Origin: Octopus sinensis
Lineage: Eukaryota
Reading direction: 5' to 3'
Assembly (NCBI RefSeq): GCF_006345805.1
Contig: NC_042997.1
Span: 205,158,001 to 205,222,000, forward strand
Length of the DNA: 64,000 bases
Both the position numbers and the translations under genes were made by a program. The first letter of the stretch is position 1; the number at the start of each line of letters is the position of its first letter. Below the pieces are notes generated by a model that saw only the letters and a program-made list of their open reading frames with translations, did no database searches and had not been told where the DNA came from. This document shows, in pieces, positions 10,222-21,239 of the stretch.

Positions 10222-10890
10222 TGAAATGCGTTTTTACCGCTTGGATCGCTCCAAAATTTACAGGGACATGTAGAATGAGGTGACGATGCCCGTGGGCTAC
10301 CTTAGAATCCCTATCTTAAAAGGTGTGGTTGCTAGGGGCCATCTTCCTCACTCACGCTATTTCCTCCTTTCCCTCTCTTACTCCCCTTCATATTAACTTT
10401 GAGAAGTCCACTCCCGTTATTTAATGTATTCCCCTCAACTCCCTTTCACTTTCCCTTTATAAGTTCATCAGACGGCTTTCTTTGATGTATCTATCTGCAT
10501 TCATATGAGAATTATCATCGCTACCAACAACACACAATCATGAGAACAAATATTATGAATCAGATATTCATTGCGTTCATTTATATATGTGTGTGTGTGT
10601 TCGATATATAAATATGTATATATAATGTATATATACAAAGTGCATATATCTGTATTTATGTATATTAAACTTTTTAATACTTTTTGATAGTTATATATAT
10701 TTTTAAACAAATTATAACTATAATTTAATAATTTTTATTTTAAATTTAAATAATTTAAATTTTTCAATTTTATACATTTTCTATATTATATTTTTATTTT
10801 TATGTTTTTTTTTGTTTTTTTTTTGGCCTATTAGTGGTTTTATCTCTAATTTAATTTATACATATATATAATTTGTATATATAATGCGTG

Positions 10891-10924
<34 letters not shown>

Positions 10925-10977
10925 ATGTGTGCATTATGTGGTCGGTCGGTTCAGCTGAAAATATGCACACCTATGAA

Positions 10978-12061
10978 CCCTTTCGTTACTATATTTCTGA
11001 CCAAAATACCCCTTATGTGTTTCAATTAATTTCTAACATAATCATAAATTTAGTCTGGTTTCATTAAACAACTATAACTTTTTTATTTATCGATATATTA
11101 ATCTGATTTTTGGAAGATAATTTAATGAAATATTCTCAACCAATTCTATACTATAATTTTTGTCACAAAGTGACTCTAATTGCAGGTAGATACAGGTAAA
11201 TTCAACAAAATATAAAATTATTAAAATTTTGTTCAAACATCGCTATAGAAAATGGGTTATTAGCTAATATTCAATTGGGTATACAACAAAATTTTACGAT
11301 AGAATTTGTTATTCTGGGTAACTTTCTGATACCCATGATAATATTTATGGCAAAATAGTCTTAATTTCATTTAAGGTTGTGGGAAACCACTTTCTATCCT
11401 TTCTTTCGCTTTGTTTATATTTAGCGTAACGGTTCGTTTCCGCCGTAATGATTTCAAATAGGCTCATTGGAAAAGTAAAAAGAAATAGTCTAAAGCTTTA
11501 CTCTCCTGGGAAAATCTGTGGCTTGGTCCAGTTTCTTCAGAAAAATCACCGAAAGAAACAGTTTTTCAATTTTCACTCCATTCAGGTGCCAATTCATTTT
11601 CTTTATCGCTGTCGGAGCTCTCGAATTCACTGTTTTCACTTTCGGAAAATGAAACATCAGATTCATTATCAAATACCACGTGCTTTTTTTTTTCAGTCAT
11701 AGAGTTAGATTTATCAAGGTCTTCAGTAGAAAATCCTTCGAATTCTGACTCGCTGCTTGATATGATGAAATTCGTATCCATTTTTTGTCAGAATTACAAA
11801 GTTTGAAAACACAATAGGAACAAATTTTGGAAAAAAATCTCCCATAATTCACGGAATTAAAATTACACTTCGATCGTTGTACAAAACTGTAGTTGAACTG
11901 TTTACGAAGTATAATCACGTGTTTTCACGAATGTAATAAAGAGATTTGCTCTGATATTCTCATTTAAATATGAATAGGTAAATACGGACGGGTTTGGGCG
12001 GTTTGGTCACATTAACCAAAATTTTTTTCGGGCGGCTTTGGGCGGTTTGGTAACGAAAGGG
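10978..12061 (-). mobile_element. Internally deleted piggyBac element (also 27399-28484)
   Basis: TIR CCCTTTCGTTAC / GTAACGAAAGGG; right TTAA target, left TGAA. Acidic N-terminus SSESEFEGF and LDYFFLLFPMSLFEIITAETNRYAK, typical of piggyBac N-termini; subterminal GGGCGGTTTGG repeats. Confidence 0.88.
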
Positions 12062-12839
12062 TTAAAAGTGCTGGCAAGTTTGCATGACAACTATTTTTTT
12101 CCTCAAATGAAAGGCATGACCTCTAGGAAAAATTTCTCATCTTATAAAATGTGGCCCCAGTAGACCCGAATGAAATCGGGTTATATTAACCAAAAGGTAA
12201 AAAGGGGTATAAATGGGGCTGGAAGGGGATTAAAATTTAAAGGAGCGAGTGTTTAGGAATTCTCTGTTACATCAAGCTAAAAAATTTGCGCCAGCCTTTT
12301 AATCTTCAATGTGTTGCCGTCCATGATGAAGAGGTTTTGAATGCTTGCCATAGTAAGTCTACTGTCGTGAGAAAGAATCACTTCAAAACTTGGTGTTTAC
12401 GAATTTTCTTTTCCATCAAGTTCAAAATTTTACGCCAGCCGTTAAACTGTCAATACGTTGCTGTCCGTCGTTAAGAAATGCCAGTCATGGTGACTCTACT
12501 ATCCTCAGATTCTATCCCTTCAAACTTTGCTTTCCAATATTTTATTATTTTTATTCAGCTCGCAAGTTCGTCTGTCCCTTTTAAATGTTAGTGTTTTGCT
12601 GTCTGCCTTGAAGCAGACATTTCCGTTGTTACTGCCTGATATTTATGATTGATCTTTCTAAATATTTTATTTCTCAACTTACTCAAGATCTTTTGTTGTT
12701 TATAAATGGGAGAGAAATAGATAAAGATAGAGAGTAAGAGAAAGCGAGGGAGAGTCCGAGAGAAAAGAAAAGTAAGAGAGTGGGAAAGTGAGAGAGAAAG
12801 GAGAGAGAAACAAAGAGGGAGAATCATCATCATCATCAT

Positions 12840-13190
12840 CGTTTAACGTCCGTTTTCCGTCCTAGCACGGGTTGGACAGTTTGACCGGGGTCTGGGAAGC
12901 CAGGAGGCTGCACCAGGCTCCAGTCTGATCTGGCAGTGTTTCTACAGGTGGATGACCTTCCTAACGCCAACCACTCTGTGAGTGTAGTGGGTGCTTTTTT
13001 CGTGCCGCCGGCACAGATGCCAGGGGGGCTCGCAGCAGCAACGATGGTTGGTGCTTTTTACGTGCCACTGGTACAGAAGCCAGTCAAGGCGGCGCTGCAA
13101 TCGGCCACGTTCGGATGGTGCTTTTTACGTGCTGAAAGGAAGCAACAGAAAGTAACAACCACACTCTTACCCGCGCGTAGAGCGGGTCAC
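12840..13190 (-). mobile_element. SINE-like interspersed repeat (also ~29228-29580)
   Basis: Contains GGATGACCTTCCTAACGCCAACC, internal tandem GGTGCTTTTTACGTGCC units and a (CAT)n tail; family name not certain. Confidence 0.55.
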
Positions 13191-13199
13191 CTTCAGCTA

Positions 13200-13240
<41 letters not shown>

Positions 13241-13243
<3 letters not shown>

Positions 13244-13907
13244 ATGGTGCGGTGAATAAACTGTTATCTAAATTAACACAAAAATGAAAATAACACTGAT
13301 GTCTTATTTTAACAGATATATTAACCAAAATTACATAAAGATATCTTGAAATACTAAAGAGTAAATATATTCAATAAAATCACAATTGGTTTCAACCACT
13401 GCCTTCAGATGACTTCGGAATCTCCTGCAACTCTTCTGTACGGTCTCCTTGTTTAAGTTGGCGAATGCTGCCATAATCCTTGCCTTCAGTTCATACTTGG
13501 TAATACAATTGTTTGGCAGCCTCATGAGGCTGCTAGACAATTCCTGCGACCACATCACTCCTAAGGTCTGGCCACCTAGTTCCCCAGATTGCCATCCACT
13601 TGGCTATTATGTGTGGGGCTCAGTTGAGCGAGAAGCCAGCAAAACTCCTTGTATTACCAAGTATGAACTGAAGGCAAGGATTATGGCAGCATTTCCAACT
13701 TAAACAAGGATACCGTACAGAAGAGTTGCAGGAGATTCCGAAGTCACTTGAAGGCAGTGGTTGAAACCAATTGTGATTTTATTGAATACATTTACTCTTT
13801 AGTATTTCAAGATATCTTTATGTAATTTTGGTAAATATATCTGTTAAAATGAGATGTCAGTGTTATTTTAATTTTTGCGTAATTTAGATAACAGTTTATT
13901 CACTACA

Positions 13908-13914
<7 letters not shown>
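13241..13914. mobile_element. Fold-back element made from two mariner 3' ends (also 29630-30303)
   Basis: 13241-13507 is the reverse complement of 13650-13914; spacer encodes VWPPSSPDCHPLGYYVWG; embedded in (TA)n. Confidence 0.88.
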
Positions 13915-13951
<37 letters not shown>

Positions 13952-14023
13952 CAAGACGTCAAGCATAAAGGCAAGGCAAACATTTCAAGTCATATACAAT
14001 ATTATTACAGGAAGAAATTCATG

Positions 14024-14079
14024 GTCTTACAGCCGTTTCTGAGATATCCCCAAGTATGTGATATTCTGTCATCAGAGAT
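14024..14079 (-). ncRNA. Type I hammerhead-ribozyme-like motif with intact core; also 30421-30476
   Basis: Minus: ATCT-CTGATGA-CAGAATATC...GATATCTCA-GAAAC-GGCT-GTA-AGAC. Confidence 0.65.
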
Positions 14080-14251
14080 GAATAGGGGAAAAAAATATGG
14101 AAAATGCGAATGGTATATATCAATAAGATGACAACAAAGAGGAAGGGAGTAAAAGAATAAGGAGATGGAAAGAGAGAAGAAACACGAAGCATAAACGTTC
14201 ATAGCTCAACTTACCGAAGTTATGGAAGCCAAAGCAGGAGTCCTTAGGTGC

Positions 14252-14351
14252 NNNNNNNNNNNNNNNNNNNNNNNNNNNNNNNNNNNNNNNNNNNNNNNNN
14301 NNNNNNNNNNNNNNNNNNNNNNNNNNNNNNNNNNNNNNNNNNNNNNNNNNN
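14252..14351. other. Scaffold gap (100 N)
   Basis: Exactly 100 N, the usual placeholder for a gap of unknown size. Confidence 0.98.
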
Positions 14352-14609
14352 GATCTCATAATTGCTTCAATGATTTTGAATGTCTACTCAGAGTCAACGT
14401 GATCGGTGAGACGACTTATCAATCAGCTAAACTGTAAGTTTGAATTATGATACGTTTTAACTGTCAATTTTTCAAGACTCCCTCCCCACCTCTCTTACTT
14501 TCTCTAATTCTTTCCCTTTTAATTTTCTTATCTGTGTATATGCACATACACTTAAGTAACGTGCAACGTTTCGATAAGTCGCCAGCCATTTCTCATCACC
14601 CGCAGCAGT

Positions 14610-14800
14610 GGAGGCGCAATGGCCCAGTGGTTAGGGCAGAAGACTCGCGGTTGGTGGATCGCGGTCTCGATTCCGAGACCGGGCGTTGTGTGTGTTTATT
14701 GAGCGAAAACACCTAAAGCTCCACAAGGCTCCGGCAGGGGGTGGTGGCGTACCCTGTTGTACTCTTTCGCTCCAACTTTCTCTCACTCTTTCTTCCTGTT
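14610..14800 (+). mobile_element. tRNA-derived SINE family 3 (inverted copy ~33670-34040)
   Basis: GGAGGCGCAATGGCCCAGTGGTTAGG (A box)...GGTCTCGATTCC (B box). Confidence 0.8.
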
Positions 14801-15327
14801 TATTTTTCCCCCGACTTCCTACGCAACCGCTGAGCCTGGATGCGCATTCATCCATCCGTCGATGCTCTCGGTGTCGGGGGGGGGGGGTTGACCTGCTTTC
14901 TCTCTTGCGGGTCTTACGAATAGCAAAGGACCACGTTTCGGACTTCTCCCACTACAGACAATCCTGAGGCGCGATCTTGCGAGCTCTGGGCCGAAGACCG
15001 CTTCGCTCAACAAACAATCAAACAAACAAATCACCCGCAGCAAGAAAGAACGGAGGTCTACGACATGCTCATACGTACATACATGCACACGCTCACATGC
15101 CGTACGCGCGCACACACACATACACACACACACACACACGAGTGACCCACTTTAGTCTCCTCACTCGTATCATTATCCAACCACGAGTATAATTACGGTC
15201 TGTCCATAGCGCTTAGCATTACCTCCCACTCTTTGGGTTTTCCAGACACCAATACATCTCATATATATATATTAGCGCTTAAATGCATGTATTGTACCAT
15301 TTGAATAACTTCTAGTTATTGGTAGTG

Positions 15328-15427
15328 TTTAAATACATGTATTGTGTCCGCCTTTAAATACATGTATTGTGTCCGCCTTTAAATACATGTATTGTGTCCG
15401 CGTTTAAATAAATGTATTGTATCAGCT
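15328..15427. repeat. 25-bp minisatellite, about 4 units
   Basis: TTTAAATACATGTATTGTGTCCGCC repeated; each unit holds the palindrome AATACATGTATT. Confidence 0.9.
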
Positions 15428-15497
15428 TTTAAATAAATAGTATTTATCCCTCACTAGATGGAGTACTTTTTTGTTGAGTTTTCTATCATGGAAAGGC

Positions 15498-15499
<2 letters not shown>

Positions 15500-15553
<54 letters not shown>

Positions 15554-15604
15554 TAATAATAATAATAATAATAATATAATAATAAAAATAATAATAATAA
15601 TATG

Positions 15605-15650
<46 letters not shown>

Positions 15651-15667
15651 TAATAATAATAATAATG

Positions 15668-15718
<51 letters not shown>
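15500..15718. repeat. (TAA)n microsatellite
   Basis: Direct reading. Confidence 0.97.
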
Positions 15719-15720
<2 letters not shown>

Positions 15721-15844
15721 GACGATGGATTATTATCAGCTCATTACAGCTGTTTCTTACTAATTTTTTTTAATTCGAAGATGAGCGCAGGTTTATTCAA
15801 CCCTACCTGGTGCATATTCTTTTATTTTTTATTTTTTATTTTAC

Positions 15845-16004
15845 TTGTTTCAGTCATTTGACTGCGGCCATGCTGGAGCACCGCCTTTTTTTTAGTCGAG
15901 CAAATCGACCCCGGGACTTATTCTTTGTAAGCCCAGTACTTATTCTATCGGTCTCTTTTTGCCGAACCGCTAAGTGACGGGGATGTAAACACACCAGCAC
16001 ACAA

Positions 16005-16055
<51 letters not shown>

Positions 16056-16225
16056 CATATATACGACAGGCTTCTTTCAGTTTCCGTCTACCAAATCCAC
16101 TCACAAGGCTTTGGTCGGCCCGGGGCTATAGCGGAAGACACTTGCCCAAGATGCCACGCAGTGGGACTGAACCCGGAACCATGTGGTTGGTTAGCAAGCT
16201 ACTTACCACACAGCCACTCCTGCGC
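15845..16225 (-). mobile_element. SINE family 1, full length
   Basis: GTTTCAGTCATTTGACTGCGGCCATGCTGGAGCACCGCC...CCACACAGCCACTCCTGCGCC. Confidence 0.88.
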
Positions 16226-16679
16226 CTTTTCAAGTATGCGATTCCATCTGAATCTTTATTATTATTGCTATTATTATTTATTGTCTTTACTCAGCTTCTA
16301 ACGCTGGAGATATGCTACGGTGTCAGCTGTTCACTCCCAGTAAACTAAGGTAACACCCCCTTATTTTTCGAGTACCATCCGGAGTATTCGAGCGGTTCTA
16401 AGCAGTGCTGTTTTTTGCAAGTGCTCCACCCTTTTTGCAGTCTCTATTTGTTCCATGTACTTCTCAAGATTTTTACTCACTGTTCAATTATTGGTACTAC
16501 TACCACCTTTTTCAGCGCTCACAACTGCTTAACCTCCCAAGCTAACCCGTCATAGCAATCGACTTTTCTTTCTTCTTTATCGCATACCTTGTTGTCAGCT
16601 GGGCAAGCTATATCTATGATCCAGCAACGTCTGATTTCTTTCTCAACGATATTCGTTTGCTTTCTTTCTCAATGAACAC

Positions 16680-16752
<73 letters not shown>

Positions 16753-16891
16753 ATATTTAAAAAAGGATTGACATAACTCTTCCCAAAGGTAAACAGTCAA
16801 GACGAAGAGCGCGATTCGATTGTAAGATATTTTATTAGTTGAACGATATTTCAAGAACATGGTTTCAGACGCTGATTGATCGTGTCTTATC

Positions 16892-16974
<83 letters not shown>

Positions 16975-18078
16975 CTGCGGCCTTAGATATTCTGAATGAT
17001 AAATGGCAAGAAAAACCTCTCTATGGCAAATACCCAAAGAGAGCGAATAATGCAGATATTGACAAAGCCCTGACCCATCAATGGCTAATGGCCTCTGGCT
17101 TAAAATCTGAAACAGAGGGGTTTATCATAGCAGCTCAAGATCAATGCCTACCAACAAGAAACTACCGGGCCAACATATTAAATACCAGCAGCAGTCCAAC
17201 GTGTCGTGTATGCCGGCAACAAAATGAAACCATTGATCATGTGGTCTCCAAGTGCAGTCTTCTAGCGCCTACAGAGTATCTCAACAGGCACGATAGAGCT
17301 GCACAATATATTCACTGGGTAATCTGCAAAAACCTGGATTTACCCCATGAAAAAAACTGGTGGGAACACAAACCACCCCCAGTGCTTGAAAATGACCACA
17401 TCTCACTCCTCTGGAACTTCACCATTCAAACTGACAGAAAGATAGATGCAAATAGGCCAGACATCATATTGAAAGACTTCAACAAAGAACATGCCTCCTC
17501 ATTGATATGACTGTCCCAATCGATATAAACGTATCTGTCAAGACCTACCAAAAACTGAGCAAATATAAAGATCTTGAAATAGAAATCAGCAAAATGTGGA
17601 AGCTGAAGACTAAAACAATACCTGTTGTCATAGGTTCCATGGGAATGATAGCAAAAGGGGCTGATAGCTACCTAACTCAGATACCAGGAAACCCCAAAAT
17701 GGCAGAAATTCAAAAGATAGTGCTCATGGGAACTGCTCATATCCTACGCAAAATACTTTCTATGTAATCTCAAGGTTTAAAACAAACATTTGTTTTCTTT
17801 TTTTTTCAGACATCCACCAGTACAACACAAAAAACAACCAAATATATGGCACACTAGGCATAACAACAACGTGAACTTCCAGCCTGTTGTCTCTTGAGGT
17901 CTCCGGGTGAGACTTGGAGCCAACTTGTACAAATATAAAGCAAAATCAAACATAATAATAATAATAACAACAACAATAACAACAACAATAATAACAATAA
18001 CAACAATAATAATAATAATAATATAATAATAATAATAACAACAACAATAACAACAACAATAATAATAACAATAACAAC

Positions 18079-18136
<58 letters not shown>

Positions 18137-19040
18137 TTATTGTATACAGTACTCAGGTGCACCACAACTTGTCAAACGTGCGTATAAAGCATCTGCAGTA
18201 ATGTACAAATGTCTGGAAAGTGAACAGTGTATGACTCAGATACATGCTTGCATATGTATGGAGGGGAGAAAATCAGGTGTAGTGTTGGCCAATCTCAAGA
18301 AGCATGGAAGTTTTGAATGATGCAGTGCTCCGACAACTAACAACTGAACGATATTTCAACAGTACGTCTGTCTTTGTCAAGTTCAAAATAAGAGGTGAAA
18401 AAAATTCAAAATTACAGAAATTTAAACGTAAAGTATGAACGAGAGCAGCCAGCGTCCACACGTTGATGGGATAACATCATCAGTTTTTAAGTTACGATTT
18501 TATAACAGGTGAAAAGAAAAAGACAGAAAAAAACAGAAAAAAGAAGACGACAGAAAAAAGGAAAGAAAAGGAGAGAAAGAAGAATATCTAATCAAACAGT
18601 TTTGTATGAATTTGATGATATTCTCCTGTCATTTTATTCATTCCTCCAGGGCGTGATGTTAATAACCCACAAACATATTTCTCCTCATGCATTTTGAGAA
18701 GTGAAAGTGAAGCAGATTCAGAATATTTTCTGAGAATATGCACTTTCAAGTCTTCTTCAAAATTGCAGCGAAATGTTCTGCAAGTTTTGTCGAACTACTG
18801 TTATTGTGCCTGACGTCGAATCTGTGCCCATTAAACCTTTTGTTTAATTGTTCGAGATGACATTTATTTATTCGAAAATAAATGTCATCTACATTCGTAA
18901 TATTCTTTTCTGTAATTAGTATTATTATTTATCATTACTTAATTAATATAGTAGTTTTCAGTCAAAACAATAACAATTGCTACAGTCATGACCAAGATTC
19001 CAAGAACATGGTTTCGGACGCTGATTGATCGTGTCTTATC

Positions 19041-19093
<53 letters not shown>

Positions 19094-20081
19094 AATTATT
19101 GTATACAGTGCTCAGGTGCACCACAACTTGTCAAAAGTGCGTATAAAGCATCTGCAGTAATGTACAAATGTCTGGAAAGTGAACAGTGTATGAGTCAGAT
19201 ACATGCTTGCGTGTGTATGGAGGGGAGAAAATCAGGTGTAGTGTTGGCGAATCTCAGGAAGCATGGAAGTTTTGAAGGATGCAGTGCTCCAACAACTAGC
19301 AATTGATGCCGGCAGTTTGTTCCATGCTTCAGCAACTCTTAGCGTGAAAAAATGTTTCCGAAAGTCATGGAAGGAGCTGTGCTGTTTTCTGACTTTATAA
19401 ACATGTCCACGGGTGTTAGACAGGTGGAGTTTGAAGAGGTGCTCAGAGTTATTGTTTGTAAGATGGTTAATAATTTTATGGGTGTCTACCAAGTCAGCTG
19501 CCAGACGTCGGGGTTTCAATGTATCCTTGCCCAGGGAAGTAAGGCGTTCAGAATATGGCAAACGCCTGATGGAGGGTATTCCCTTGGTTGCACGTCGCTG
19601 AACGGCTTCCAGACGATATGTTTGTGCGTGTGTCTGTAAATGCTTATGCCCGCGTGTGTGTGTGTGTTTGTATGTATGTGAATGAGTGTGTGTGTGTGTT
19701 TGTATATATATATATGTGTGTGTGTGTGTGAGTGTTTGTTTGTATGTGTGGGAACATGTGTGTGAATGTATGTGTGAGTGTGTGCATGTGTGTGTGTGGG
19801 GGGTGTATGTGGGTTTGTGTGAGTGTTTGTGTGGGCGTGTGTGTGTGTGTTTGTGTGTGCATGGGTGTGTAAGTATGTGAGTGTGTGTGTTAGTGTGTGT
19901 GTTCGTGTTCATGTGTGTGTGTGCGTGTGTGTACGTGTGTGCGCGAGTGCATGTGCGTGTGTACCTTTATATTTGCAAGTGGTCATTCGAAGGTCACTGC
20001 TCCATCATTCGTTGAAAGAAAGAATTTGAACTAAAGATTTATAAAACTTGTTTCTTTTAATGAGATTCTTTATCTCTATAG

Positions 20082-20138
<57 letters not shown>

Positions 20139-21206
20139 TACATACATATATACATACATTTTCAAGAGACGTCATTGATGTCTGTCATTGTATTGAGAAT
20201 GATGTCCCTAAAGTAGAAAAATCTCTAGCAACATTTGGGGCTTGTTTGAATTGAATAAATTGATGTCGCTGTGGTGGAAAAATCTATGGTTATTTAGCAT
20301 TAGAGAGAATCCATTCCATTTTAAAAGAAGCTGTGATGTTTGTAATTTGAAAGACAGCCTCTTCTTGCAAGACGGCAGGGAAGTGGAGAGCCTCCCTGTA
20401 TTGAGTGTTCCGTACCCTTCTTAGAAATGGGCCCCCGATATCAAAGAAGCGCCAATATCGATGGGTCCTCAAATATCGCGTGGGATCCCAATATCGCGGG
20501 GTCTGCCAATATCAAGGGAGCTCAGGAGAATTGTCCTTGGCACCCCTATAAACAGTGCAACATAGAATATCCTCTGCCTGTTACAAGACATTCAGTGAAG
20601 CATGGACTCGAAAGTCCGCATGAGAACACAGTGCCACTAAGAAACTTTACTAATTCAAAATTATTCCTAGCTTCATACATCTGCGTTTTCAATTCGAATA
20701 TGGCCTGGTTCAAATGTCATTCCAGTTTCACAGGTTTTGATACAATTATTAACATTTATAAATTAGGAACAGAGTAAATCCAAAGATTGATTGCAATCAC
20801 AAAATCCTCAAGAATTCACTAAACTTTAAATTAGAAAATATTACAACAAAAAATAGAGAGAAAGTTCGTTACAGCAAAATATAAACTATTCCTCTGCCTC
20901 GCTGGCCACAATACTTCTTTTTATTAGAAAAATAAACAATAAGATAGATTTACATTCAGTTTATAATGAATATTTTCCGGAATTTCTTGCAATTAAAATT
21001 TTCTCAGAACCCATTTAATGGTAAATGAAGAATGAATATAACAAAAATCAATGGAGAAATGGAAACAACAAAACAAGATTTCCTGGGATATTTCGACCAA
21101 AATATTTATGTATATTAATTAATTTACATTTTACTTTAAATAAATATTCTCCATTTCAAAAACTTACAAAATGAAGAAAATACATTATTCTTCATTAATT
21201 TGACTT

Positions 21207-21229
21207 GTTCAATCTTTCTTTATTTACAG
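21207..21229 (+). promoter_or_regulatory. 3' splice acceptor of a 5'-UTR intron, copy 2
   Basis: Identical to 5035-5057. Confidence 0.68.
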
Positions 21230-21239
21230 ATAACCAAAT

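Larger units (their letters stand above)
1..14251 (+). repeat. Large direct duplication, copy A (matches ~16014-30648)
   Basis: Collinear ORF track with offsets 16013-16397; differences are SNPs, microsatellite lengths and a few indels. Copy A stops at the gap in sequence (GGAGTCCTTAGGTGC) that continues at 30649 in copy B. Confidence 0.97.

Noticed and set aside
11566-11781. Acidic Ser/Glu-rich ORF as a host gene
   Set aside because: Lies inside piggyBac TIRs and is the disordered transposase N-terminus.
14610-14690. Genuine tRNA genes at SINE heads
   Set aside because: Only A/B-box-like heads fused to SINE bodies; no complete cloverleaf could be folded.
15328-15427. CRISPR-like array
   Set aside because: Units are head-to-tail with no unique spacers, there are no cas genes and the context is eukaryotic.
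15740-15790. GAAAC-AGCT-GTA half-motifs (also ~34060-34100)
   Set aside because: The CTGANGA half is not recognisable, so they were not counted as ribozymes.
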